Source: Phoronis australis
Lineage: Eukaryota > Animalia > Phoronida
Direction of reading: 5' to 3'
Assembly (NCBI GenBank): GCA_002633005.1
Contig: NMRA01000291.1
Span: 62,001 to 126,000 of the forward strand
DNA: 64,000 nt
This document shows, piece by piece, positions 1 through 11,926 of the stretch (positions within the stretch are counted from its first letter, which is position 1; each line of letters starts with the position of its first letter). The position numbers were made by a program, and so were the translations under genes. A model generated the notes under the pieces. The model did not search any database and was not told where the DNA came from. It saw only the letters and a program-made list of their open reading frames with translations.

Positions 1-585
1 CTGGATCGTCCCACGAGAGAAGCGGGCTCGGCGAGTCAACCCAGTCGTCCAACAGACGATCCTGAATTAAGAAATGATGTTTCTGAATGATAAATATTGT
101 CCTTTATTGAACCAGGCCTTCATCGTAACATCTCCTTTGACTGGAGTCGAAACACAAGTCCTCAAAGTGGGCAGAACACAGAGTGGCCCCGGACCGAATC
201 GCTTGGTCCACAATGAGGTCCCACACTCTTGTTCGGCGCGCGAAGCGATGCCACTTCTGCGCAACTTTGGTGTCCTTTGGAACACCGAGACGTTCTCCGC
301 CTGACTGCTGTTGCTGCAGCCTCCGAAAAACACATCTTTTGATCCCTCTACGAACCTTCTCGACGTTAAATGTACTTTGCTTTCACTTCCCTCTATACAC
401 TTTGTTTCTGATGCGAACAGTATGGCGAACAACTTGTGTTCAACCCGTGACGTTGTACATAATTATTATTTTTTCAATTTTTTGCGTGTTTCTTTATGAG
501 CTGTGCACTAAAGGCACTGAAATCAAGTAAGATATAATAATAAAATTTATTTTGAGGTACTAGAGTCATGTTGTGTACACTTTAA
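1..585 (-). mobile_element. Degenerate THAP-bearing DNA transposon remnant, left end outside the window
   Basis: The minus strand at ~340-140 reads, across frameshifts, (R)CVF.GGCSNSSQAENVSVF/PKDTKVAQKWHRFARRT...LCSAHFEDLCF, a C2CH THAP signature. A possible Kolobok-type end, GTGTACACT|TTAA, lies at 573-585. Confidence 0.6.
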
Positions 586-644
586 CAAAATCTGCATAAT
601 TCCGTAAGGCTACATCAACCACTGGTTTGGTACTACGACATTAA

Positions 645-2380
645 AGGAGAATGCCACCCAAAAAAACCTATTTTGTATCAATTTAGATCAAGTAGCTCTA
701 TTCGATAACGGCACGTTCGGTTGCGTTACCTGACACCTGACGGCAGACAGAGGTGTTGAAATTATCCAATGACGTCATTGGTTTCACACGCAGTCTGTTC
801 AGCAGTTCACAACTCGGGTTAGTGATGTCAGTTTATTGCTTGAATTTATCGTTTAACACCAATAAATCATCAAACTTCGATGTAAAACCCTTAAAAATAC
901 ACCGAGTTCTTATAACAACGTGTTGTTTTATTTCGCTGTTACGGATTTATTGGTATTTGGACACACCGTAGCCTACAAAGTTCTGCAGGCCAATTTACCA
1001 AGGTCCGTAGCAGGAGTTTGGGGTCTGTTCGGAGATAAATTCGAAATATTCTTCCTTGAAATACAGACAGGAGAATCTAGATCTGTGTTGTTTACACTTG
1101 TGATTTTTTGAGTTCTAAACATTTGTTATCCCGACCTGTGGCTCAGAACCCGCTCAGGCCCGTCGCGGTCGAACTGACTCGTTATCCCGACCAGTGGCTC
1201 GGAACCCGATCAGGCCCGTCGAGGCCGCCGGGACTGGCACGAACATAAACCAGCTTGAGCTGGAAACTAAACCTCCAGTCATTAAAAGACTATAATAGTG
1301 AGCCAAAGAAATAATGTGCACGTAATTATTTATGTGAATTAGCCACGAAACTGAAAATCTACTTAATTGTCGGGGGCCGCAAAAATCTACTTAATTGTCG
1401 GGGGCCGCAAAGTCGGGTTCCCCTTCCACAGACCATCAGGGCAAAGGTTGTACAGTAACAATGATTTGAATAATGTATTTGTATTTCTAAATAAAGATTC
1501 CCCTAACATGTGACCATAGCTTATAAAATAGAGAAATTGTTTTTCGACAAGAGCTTCCTGTCAGCAACCACTGAATTAGCATGCGCTCACACGGCCTTGG
1601 GTGCCCGGTCAATTACCTTTATTGCCGTCATCAAAAGCCAGTCATCAAAAGCCAGTAACGCGGTGGTTTATTCATTACTGACACGAAAACTGCAAAGACA
1701 TTACAAATCGTATCTAATGAGACAGACTTTGTTTCAGTTTTACATAAGCATTAGTTAGGATGAGAATAATTCATTTTGAAATAGAGCACAGAATAATAAA
1801 CCTCTACATGGCAACTCGCCCGGCGCCAATCCCGACTTTGTCAAGAGCTCATCCGACGAAGACTTCACGTTTCAGATCGTTAGGTTTCACAGGCTATCAG
1901 TTCGAACCGGAATACACGGACCAAGAAATACCAGAGAGGCGCCGTGAACATGCACAGGCAATGGAACGTATGCATAGTTCTTTGGTAAGCTGGAATTCTC
2001 CAGAGAAATCACTGTTGACGAAATGTCGGCCACAGACACGGAGATGTTTCACGGCCTCATACTTGCTATTAACAGCGTACCTTTCATTCTTCACTACCGC
2101 GAGCCACTTCCTAAGCATTTCGGGCTCTCGAGGAAGTCGAAAAAACGTTATATCCGCTTTCTTCGCAGCTTCATAGTTCGGACAAGCGGGAACGATGCAC
2201 TGCAATATAGCGGCGTTCACTCTGCAGACGAACCACTGATGTCGCTGCGTCGTTTTTCACCTTCCTCACAGATTATTGCGACACCTCTCGGCAAGGTGAG
2301 GTCGACCCTATACGAGGCGACTTGGATGTAGACCGATTAATACAGTTAAAAAGACTTATTAAATCGGGTAGCATTTTCCT
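645..2380. mobile_element. Kolobok-like non-autonomous DNA transposon, copy A
   Basis: TTAA TSD at 641-644 and 2381-2384. TIR AGGAGAATGCCACCC ... GGGTAGCATTTTCCT. Internal THAP remnant. A second family member lies in reverse orientation at 45049-49302. Confidence 0.85.
1897..2220 (-). pseudogene. THAP domain (transposase N-terminus) inside Kolobok-like copy A
   Basis: CIVPAC...FFRLP...KW...RVCGRHF gives a complete C2CH THAP motif. The ATG seen in copy B (45221, MLRCIVPAC) is ATA here, and no catalytic domain follows. Confidence 0.8.
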
Positions 2381-2832
2381 TTAAGCTTGTGACACCAGTT
2401 TCACTCAATGGCAAATGCCAAATGTCAATTGATTTAATTTTGTGATGTGTTGCAAGAAATCATCAATTAAGGCAAGATGTTTCTATGATTGCACTATGAT
2501 CAAAATGCAGCTTATAGGTGAGTGGAATGGAAAATGAGGTTATAATTTTACTGACACGGGGCTCATTGTACCTGTGTTTTCAGTATGTGTTAGCACATTT
2601 ATACTGTGTTCAGATGGGGAATTTTTCTAAGAAGGCAGATAGGATGCCTGATCAGACCCTTAAAATAAGCATTCTCGGTATGTGAACAAAATGTTATACA
2701 CACTGTGCTTATGGTCAGTTACAAATCCAGAGTTTTTAGTCTCCGTGGGGAACTAGATCAATATTGTTTGGTTGTAAATCTTCACCTATTTAGTACACAA
2801 ATTATAGTGGAAAATGAATTATGTATTTCATT

Positions 2833-3063
2833 TACGTAAATAAAACAACAAAAATGGATCACTGAAATTTTCTGATATAATTACATCCTTCGTCAACAGA
2901 AACAGAAATAAAGTAAAATCAAACATTACATGACAATTGACATCTGATATATGGCGTAATGAACACGATACATTGTTGCGGAAAAAAGTGAAAAATTATA
3001 TCCTTTACTTATGTTATTATATCCGAAAATTTCAGTGATCCAATCTGTTGTTTTGTTTACGTA
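2833..3063. mobile_element. MITE with ~48-bp TIRs and TA ends (Tc1/mariner-like)
   Basis: TACGTAAATAAAACAACAAAAATGGATCACTGAAATTTTCTGATATAA (2833-2880) is an imperfect inverse of 3017-3063. Confidence 0.65.
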
Positions 3064-3657
3064 TATTCTACTTTTCGACTCACAAGTGCATCCTTTAGAG
3101 GATCTGCATCACCTCTTTTAGTTTCAGATTTATTTTCTACGTTATTTCATCAAAATTCTCAGCATAAAAGCTGATGAAAATTTTTATTAAGCATATGCAC
3201 AGTGTATACAGCATGAAACATAACAGGTAGACAGACTTTAAAAATCTGAAATTAACAATTTTGTACCAAACATGTAAGTTTGAACAAATGTCATCTGTTT
3301 TTTTTTAATTTCACACAATATTCTCATGATTACATATATACCATTAGAATTTGTAACTTGAAAATAATGTTAATCTCAGTGCCACTCTGTCGATCTTAAC
3401 TATTGTACAATTCCCTTTGGACAAAGGAAAAGTAAAGAGCTGACACGAATGCAATTATTCCCTTGTGCTAACAACTAACACTTATCTAGGACTTTAGTAA
3501 AGGAGTAAAAGAACAGGACATCTTTACATACTAATCTATTTAGAAGGCTGGTACAGAAATAATTGATTACTTGATTATAGAAGACCAACTTTGATCATCG
3601 TGAGTAAATGGCATTCAAATCAGGCAGATAATTATACAATTATTGACTTTAACCAAG

Positions 3658-3756
3658 GTCAATATGTTGGTTTTCAGACCCCAAAAATGTGTTAATGACT
3701 GAGTCGGAGCCGAGGTCATTATCACATTTTTGGGGTCTTAAAACTAACATATTGAC
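3658..3756. repeat. Long imperfect palindrome / foldback element
   Basis: 42-bp arms at 3658-3699 and 3715-3756 with a ~15-nt spacer. Weaker symmetry extends to ~3630-3789. Confidence 0.8.
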
Positions 3757-5170
3757 TGAGTGTGAAACTCATTAATTATTTTGTTATATGATTGCAATCT
3801 CTAAGAAATGGAAGGAGGCTCTGTTTGAGCTTTTGATCGCATACCAATTGCTCATTTGGTCAGCAAGCTGGTATTTTTTTACCCAACCCGTTGTGAAGAA
3901 ATTTTAAAAAAACATCCAGATGTTTTAATAGACAAAGGTACAGAACAACAAATATGGGAAAGATTTCATTTTTGCAGTCATGCAACGGCCATTTTTAATA
4001 CAAAACAATGCAACCATCATTTGTTTCTATCAATAGAATCGAAAGCTGAGTGTAAACATTCTCAGTGTGCATGTGCTAAAGTCTGCACAAATGACGTATA
4101 GTGAAAGCCAATGAAGACACACCTTTTGTACAATAGCATGGTGACTGAACTGCATTGCCTTCTGCAGCTCTGGGTTCACTGGATGTTTTACATTTTACAA
4201 TTATCTAAAAACAAATGTAACCTAAGAATCGGGATGACATACAAGACACTCGATTTCGGAAACCTGCTGGTGGTGCAGCCGTTAAGTAGTAGCTTGTGAA
4301 CTTTAAAATACCAGGATTTAATCACTATGCGTTACTTCACAATAAAGTTTTTAAAAGGAATGAAAACTTTTGTTACCATAGCAACGATCAATATGGTGGT
4401 ACAAGCGGTCAGTATTGAGAATTGTCAACACTTACATGCTAGCTGCTGGTGTGCGTAACACTTGTTCTTACTGCTTTGATAGTTTTTCAAAAAAATCACA
4501 GGACATTTAAATGTATAAATAGATTACCCATAATGTACACTTCTAGATGCTTTTAGTCTCACAATCTCTCTGGGTAATTGGTAAATTGTATATAGGTTTT
4601 ATGAAGTGTCATTTGATTAGTGATTTTGTATTAGTTTGAAAATCAACTTGCAACAGTAGGTATGCTTGTGACGCCATCTATTGGGTATAGGAAAAGGCTT
4701 TTGTTCCCACAAGGCAGTGACTGTCACTTATTTAGGCCATTCAGTTGTCTTTTGTGTATTCTAACGATCCCCTAAATAATAATTTATTAAATATAAAGAC
4801 GCAACTGTAATAATATAAGTGAAATGAAGAATTATCTGATGCCTTTTGAATTTATTTATTCATATGAGATCGTGTTTTCATTTTTATAAAGAATTCAGAG
4901 TAGGTCTAAATGTGCCTCTCTGCAGATAGTAAAGAATTCTTCTTCATTCCAAACTGAGCACCCTGTTAGGGACACATGGGGGACACATTTACTGGCAGGC
5001 TGGCCAGTATTCCACTGTGTGCACTGTACCAGTTAAAACTTCTGTCATGGAATGTTGAAATTGAGAAAGTGTTTCTACTATGTTAGGGAAGAACCTCAAG
5101 GATGCATAATTCACATGTATGTTGTATTGTTATTCTATTTATGTTTATCTGCTGTCTTATGTCTATCTGT

Positions 5171-8100
5171 CTGGGTTGTATGGACTATATATACTGTCTA
5201 TTGTGTCTATCCATTACTGCATCTGTCTAGTGTCTCATGTGTCAGTCTGTCTAGTATAAACTTGCCCCTCAAATATGGGCCTGGCCTGTGGCTGTGTAAT
5301 AGTAAAAAAATTATCTGTAAAACAATTTCTCTGTGAAATCAGTTGACCACAATACAACCACTGTTGAATTGAATAACACTTGTTAACAATTATGAGCCAA
5401 CTATGCAGTAGGCAGCTGAATAGCTTTCTGGCATATAAAAAACAATCTGGGACAACAGTCCAATATTTTCAAACAACTCTAAACCCATTTTCATTGTGGT
5501 TGTGGTTAATAGCATCCTGTCTAAAGCGGGCAGTGAAGCATAGGGTCTCCATTGTCAAGTAATGTTAGTTGAGGTGACCTCAGCCCATCAAGTAAAAAGG
5601 AGAAAGTAGATGGGTGAGTTGAAGAGTGTCAGGTCAGGTTTTTATGGATGATGAAGACAATACCCATGAGTTTTGATTTGTAAACTGCGCATCATTAATT
5701 TTGTAGAGGTTGGTATTTCGTCCTTGTTTGATTTATCTCATTGGCACCTGCAGTTTGGGCAATTGACTGCGATTATGTCTCATTTATCATCAATATCTTT
5801 TACTGTCCTTAAAGCTGGCTTAGCCACAAAATGGGAGGAGTTGAAATACAAATGATTGTATGATAAAATTGCTTTAGATTTGTAGATATATTAGTGTGTG
5901 ACTGATGATGATACTCCAAATCAGAACTTGAGTATGTCTCATTATTCTCAATATGTTGGTGATAAATGGTGCAGGGTTTGAACGGGTGTCTGTTTTGGTT
6001 CTGTCTTGTTTTCTTTCACAGATTCATGTCCATTCTGGGTTGTTCATATGTGTCTTATGCCAGGTGTTTCATGTTACTTGTCATTTGGAAATAATGTGTC
6101 ATAGTGCTGTGTATAAACTTCTCTGATAGAGTATGCCTCCTATTGGTGCTTGTAAAATATACAATATGTCATTTAGAATACATTAAATAAAATACCCAGA
6201 TGTTGTGAGGTGTACCCACCCTTCCTCAGTTGTTCATATCAGTGGACCGAAATACAGGACTGTGTATTTTCACCCATCTGACTTACTCTATCCTACGTCT
6301 TTAATCATTTCCTCTTTCAAAATTGGTTTTATTGCTGCATATATATCAATAATTAGTAAACTATTATGATTATTATCATTATAATTATTTTAATTTTTGA
6401 AACAATCTAATGACTTATAACTCCCCTCCGACTCACTAGAAATAAAACATTTGGGATTCTGCTTCAGTGATAGACACAAACAGGCAGTGTGAATTTGAGT
6501 ACTTTGGATGTGTGTGGGCGATGTCTAGGCAAAATAGCTCGGCTATCGGAAAATTCCGACTACAAGAATAAAAATGAAGCTGACAGGCCCAACCAGATGA
6601 ATGCATTTTGACTGCTCTGCTAAGGACTAAGGCAGGGTTCAGTCAACACTGTCGGATGATTCAATTATTGTCTATTTGTGACATAGTGGATCACGTGAAA
6701 AATTTTCCACACATTTTAGAATTTTTTACAATAACATTGTATAAAGCAGGGTTCAGACCATTAATGACTATACTGCAGTCCAAAATTGATCAGATTAAAA
6801 ACTTCAATTTTTTTACATCAAATCATTATCAGTAAGCGCACAAGTAGTACTTTTAATTTATTAATGTAATTAAATTGAAACTGTTCCAAGTAAAAATTGA
6901 AAAATCACTGAAATGATAAGTAAGAGTAAAATAATGTCATGATTTTAACACATAGCATGTACTAAAATACTTATCCATAGAAATATGGTTTTAAAATATA
7001 CCAAAGAAAGAACTCGTTGCTTTTTTGTTAGTTGAAAATTGATAAACAGTTGTAGATTGAATTTCTCACCCCCCCCNCTGGGTTGTATGGACTATATATA
7101 CTGTCTATTGTGTCTATCCATTACTGCATCTGTCTAGTGTCTCATGTGTCAGTCTGTCTAGTATAAACTTGCCCCTCAAATATGGGCCTGGCCTGTGGCT
7201 GTGTAATAGTAAAAAATTTATCTGTTAAACAATTTCTCTGTGAAATCAGTTGACCACAATACAACCACTGTTGAATTGAATAACACTTGTTAACAATTAT
7301 GACCCAACTATGCAGTAGGCAGCTGAATAGCTTTCTGGCATATAAAAAAACAATCTGGGACAACAGTCCAATATTTTCAAACAACCCTAAACCCATTTTC
7401 ATTGTGGTTGTGGTTAATAGCATCCTGTCTAAAGCGGGCAGTGAACCATAGGGTCTCCATTGTCAAGTAATGTTAGTTGAGATGACCTCAGCCCATCCAG
7501 TAAGAAGGAGAAAGTAGATGGGTGAGTGAAGAGTGTCAGGTCAGGTTTTTATGGATGATGAAGACAATACCCATGAGTTTTGATTTGTAAACTGCGCATC
7601 ATTAATTTTGTAGAGGTTGGTATTTCGTCCTTGTTTGATTTATCTCATTGGCACCTGCAGTTAGGCAATTGACTGTGATTATGTCCCATTTATCATCAAT
7701 ATCTTTTACTGTCCTTAAAGCTGGCTTAGCCACAAAATGGGAGGAGTTGAAATACAAATGACAGTGTGATAAAATTGCTTTAGATTTGTAGATATGTTAG
7801 TGTGTGACTGATGATGATATTCCAAATCAGAACTTGAGTATGTCTCATTATTCTCAATATGTTGGTGATAAATGGCGCAGGGTTTGAACGGGTGTCTGTT
7901 TTGGTTCTGTCTTCTTTTCTTTCACAGATTCATGTCCATTCTGGGTTGTTCATAGGTGTCTTATGCCAGGTGCTTCATGCTACTTGTGGTTTGGAAATAG
8001 TGTGTCATAGTGCTGTGTATTAACTTCTCTGATGGAGTATGTCTCCTATTGGTGCTTGTAAAATATACAATATGTCATTTAGAATACATTAAATAAAATA

Positions 8101-8973
8101 CCCAGATGTTGTGAGGTGTACCCACCCTTCCTCAGTTGTTCATATCAGTGGACTGAAATACAGGACTGTGTATTTTCACCCATCTGACTTACTCTATCTT
8201 ACGTCGTTAATCATTTCCTCTTTCAAAATTGGTTTTATTGCTGCATATATATCATTAATTAGTAAACTATTATGATTGTTATCATTGTAATTATTTAAAT
8301 TTCTGAAAAAATCTTATGACTTATACCTCCCCTCCGACTCACTAGAAATAAAACATTTGGGATTTTGCTTCAGTGATAGACACAAACAGGCAGTGTGAAT
8401 TTGAGTACTTTGGATGCGTGTGGGCGATGTCTAGGCAAAACAGCTCGGTTATCGGAAGATTCCGACTACAAGAATAAAAATGAAGCTCACAGGCCCAACC
8501 AGATGAATGCATTTTGACTGCTCTGCTAAGGACTAAGGCAGGGTTCAGTCAACACTGTCGGATGATTCAATTATTGTCTATTTGTGACATAGTGGATCAC
8601 ATGAAAAACTTTCTACATTTTAGAATTTTTTACAATAACATTGTATAAAGCAGGGTTCTGACCATTAATGACTATACTGCAGTCCAAAATTGTTCAGATT
8701 AAAAATTTCAATTTTTTTACATCAAATCGTTATCAGTAAGCACACAAGTAGTACTTTTAATTTATTAATGTAATTAAATTGAAACTGTCCCAAGTAAAAA
8801 TGGAAAAATCACTGACATGATAAGTAAGAGTAAAATAATGTGACGATTTCAACACATAGCATGTACTAAAATATTTATCCATAGAAATATGCTTTTAATA
8901 TATACCAAAGAAAGAACTCGTTGCTTTTTTGTTAGTTGAAAATTGATAAACAGCTGTAGATTGAATTTCCCCC
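5171..8973 (+). repeat. ~1.9-kb direct tandem duplication (5171-7076 / 7078-8973) joined at an N
   Basis: Both copies begin CTGGGTTGTATGGACTATATATACTG and end TGTAGATTGAATTTC + C-run. They differ by scattered SNPs and small indels. The ambiguous base is at 7077. Confidence 0.95.
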
Positions 8974-9140
8974 GCTAAGAAGTCAATGTTTTCCAATTAT
9001 CACGTGCTCTATCAACAATCAAATCTCAGATTACCAGAGTAGACTCATCCAGGTGAATAACTCAGTTTATTGTTGCCTTGTCTCACCCTCTCCAGTCCTG
9101 TGTCAACAATAGGCTGGGTCATCTGTGTATGTACCGTATG

Positions 9141-9180
9141 TATATAAGAGCTGGACTTATGTAGAGCGCGCCCACAGTCT
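9141..9180 (+). promoter_or_regulatory. Candidate core promoter (TATA + Inr-like) of the short LIM isoform
   Basis: TATATAAG at 9141-9148 and CAGT ~30-35 nt downstream, ahead of an ATG exon with a splice donor. Confidence 0.45.
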
Positions 9181-9237
9181 CACCTGAGATTTCAAGTAAA
9201 GTTTGTGCTGACTCTCGATTTGGAAAAGCCTGTTAAG

Positions 9238-9312
9238 ATGTCGGATGTAAGCGTACAAATCCAGGCTCTGACTCTGGACGATGTCCCTGACAATATGGTT
9301 AGCAGTGATCAG
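9238..9312 (+). CDS. Probable first coding exon of the short Limpet/FHL-like isoform (MSDVSVQIQALTLDDVPDNMVSSDQ)
   Basis: AAG-ATG start, 25 open codons and a CAG|GTATTT donor in phase 0, matching the phase-0 acceptor at 22213. Confidence 0.55.
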
Positions 9313-11785
9313 GTATTTTGGGAGACATTCTTATTTTCAGTTGTTAATTCTTGTTTTTCTGTTCTTTTTCTGTAATAAAGCGACTTTGGTGTTTTAAGTA
9401 AAAACGCGCCTGTCGCCTGACCTGAATTGTGAGTTTGAATTTAACATATGTGATTTTATTTTCTAATAAAAAATCAACATGTCTGCATCCTATAAAGGTC
9501 ACATTGTCATTCAGAATCTTGTTAGGTTTAGTAGCTGTGTAATGTTTGTATCAGCTATCCCTTAATGAAATGCACTTAAAATGCGCATTTGCTAGTTAAA
9601 ATTTTGCAAATTTTGTTGTTGCCATTTTTCATAATTGGAAAACTACCCGAAATTCATTATCAGTTATGTTTAGAGCATTTATCTAAAAGGACATGCAGGC
9701 ATGACAATTGAAAGTATAGGTCTACTGCAATATGCTTCCTGGTGCTGTTAAACAACCACCATTCAAAAAATAAAAAATCGAAAGTTAGTCTCTAGAATCC
9801 ATTGAATAGATACATAGATTACTAAGTCTTTTGGGGTGCATGCCATGCTGAAGTCAAATCTGTTAAGTAAACCTAAACCACCAGTAGTTACAGGTCTCCA
9901 AGATTTCAATGATGTCACAGGATTTTACCAGGTAACAACTGTCCCACAAAGCATTTAAAAAACAAAACGACAACAGCACAGTAGATGCAATCCTCAGAAT
10001 TAGCTGAAAACATAGCTGTGAACAGTTTCTGCATGTACTGCTTTAGGCATCCCATTAAGATGAGTATGACAAAAATGTTTTGGAATGGTTGGGGGCAGGC
10101 TGAATGTTTGTATCTGATATGACCATCTGTGAACATCAATGTTATTCTTCTGTAACTCCCAGTGCAATATCCTGTACAATTTCCAGGTTCTGACCTTCAT
10201 TTTCATGGCATGTCTATCAACAATCTGTTGACTGATGTGGTGTTTTCTTAGACAGCAGTTGTGCAAGACAGAATTAAGCTTCACTGATTTATTTTAGTCC
10301 CAACTAGATGCCTTTACAAGTTTATTGGCCCCCAAAACAGTGCAGCTGATTGATTCTCCACCTCACATTAATACAAATAGTTTCTAGATGATGTCACTAG
10401 AAAATACTGTACTGGGCTATTGCAAGCTATTGTGGGTAAAGAAAACAAACTTAAATCTTTTCAGGTTTAGATTTCCCTTGGAAAACAAGCCCTATTCATT
10501 GTAAAGTGAGTGTTAAAATGTATCTGATCCACGCTGGGTTGAGTCTCTTTGTAATACATAGAGGTTATCGCTTGTTAAATTGCTCACAATAATTGATATG
10601 TCAGCAGCCCTGATTGAATTAGCTATCGGTACTTAATGATATCATCATAGTTGGAATTTCTCCTTCAATTCATTTTTATGCAACCATTACGAATAAAGTG
10701 CACGTTTGTTTTTGTTTACTTGTATTGAATAGCTGGTTCCTGTTAAAATAATCCTTTCAAAACAGTTTTCCATCCTTTGCTCACAAAGTTTCTAGATGCA
10801 TAATTATATGATATTTCCATTCTTGTGACACCTCGGTATTCTGCTGTCATATACCTAAGTTAATTTATGCACAAAATGCTATGAAATAAATAATTAGGAT
10901 ATTGATGTTATTGGTAGTAATATCAATAATAAGCTGATCAGAAGAAATTGTCATGTAAGGTAAATCAGTTATGACCATTGGTCAGCCAACTGCAAAATAT
11001 AGATAGGCTGGATACTGTTGATATGTGTCTACAAGTTTAGTGAACTCTGTACATTATGTAAGCTTATTTTCCTGCCTGGTTGCCTAGGTATAAAATTACC
11101 AGTGCTTTTCAACTATTGCCTTTGATGGAAAGTATTAAAATACTCCGTCAAAAACGCTCAGCTGTATTGCTTGAAGTTATCTTGTAAATGATGATGGCAA
11201 AATACTTGTGGATTACAGCATTTAGGTGAATTGAGACATAAACAGCATATGTCTTTGCCACAATCTTCAATTGACAATTTGACTACCAGAAACAGGTTCT
11301 TGGACAGATACAGTATGCTGTAGTAAATTTTGTTCAAATGTTGATGGACGGAACAGGATTCAGCAAATGCCACTAGTTTAGGGATTCCAGAGCGAATTGA
11401 ATTTTGACAAAATGGTCAGGATCAGTGGTAACATGGTCTTGTACAGTGGTCCTTGGTGGTAACCATAGTTGCCATTTTTTACCAGAACCAAACCGTGATG
11501 AAGTTCAAATCGTTTTGCATTTTGTGAACCAGGTTTGTTCTCTTACTAACAGGCATCAGTCTCATTCTTAAAATCCATACACCGATGTATGTAAATAACT
11601 TGCCATTTCATTGGTATGCACCTTAGCTAGGATCGTAAGTTTCATGTTCCTACTAAACTCACATTCTACAAATGCACTGATTTGGCATGGATAAACAGTA
11701 ATCACATAGGTGTTTTTTTCCTGTTTTTCAAACCTTATGTCATCAACAGAACCTGTACTTCTTGGTGGTTCAACAGTCTATCTCA

Positions 11786-11926
11786 CAGCTGGGCTTGCAC
11801 TCTCCTATTTATAGTACAGTCTTTCCATATTTGGCTTGCCTTCTCAAATGTTCCATTGGTTGTGTGTGTGTGTTGTGATCTGTCTCTCTCTCTGTTGGAG
11901 TACCAAGCCATCTCTCTCAGGTAAGA
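11786..11926 (+). promoter_or_regulatory. Muscle-type cis-regulatory cluster followed by a strong splice donor
   Basis: E-box CAGCTG 11786-11791, MEF2 consensus CTATTTATAG 11805-11814, CArG CCATATTTGG 11825-11834, donor CAG|GTAAGA at 11920/11921. Confidence 0.45.

Noticed and set aside
9860-10300. Possible decayed LINE (L1/Tx1-type) C-terminal fragment on the minus strand (CIYC motif)
   Set aside because: Too degenerate, with no diagnostic RT or endonuclease motif visible. It needs a translated search.
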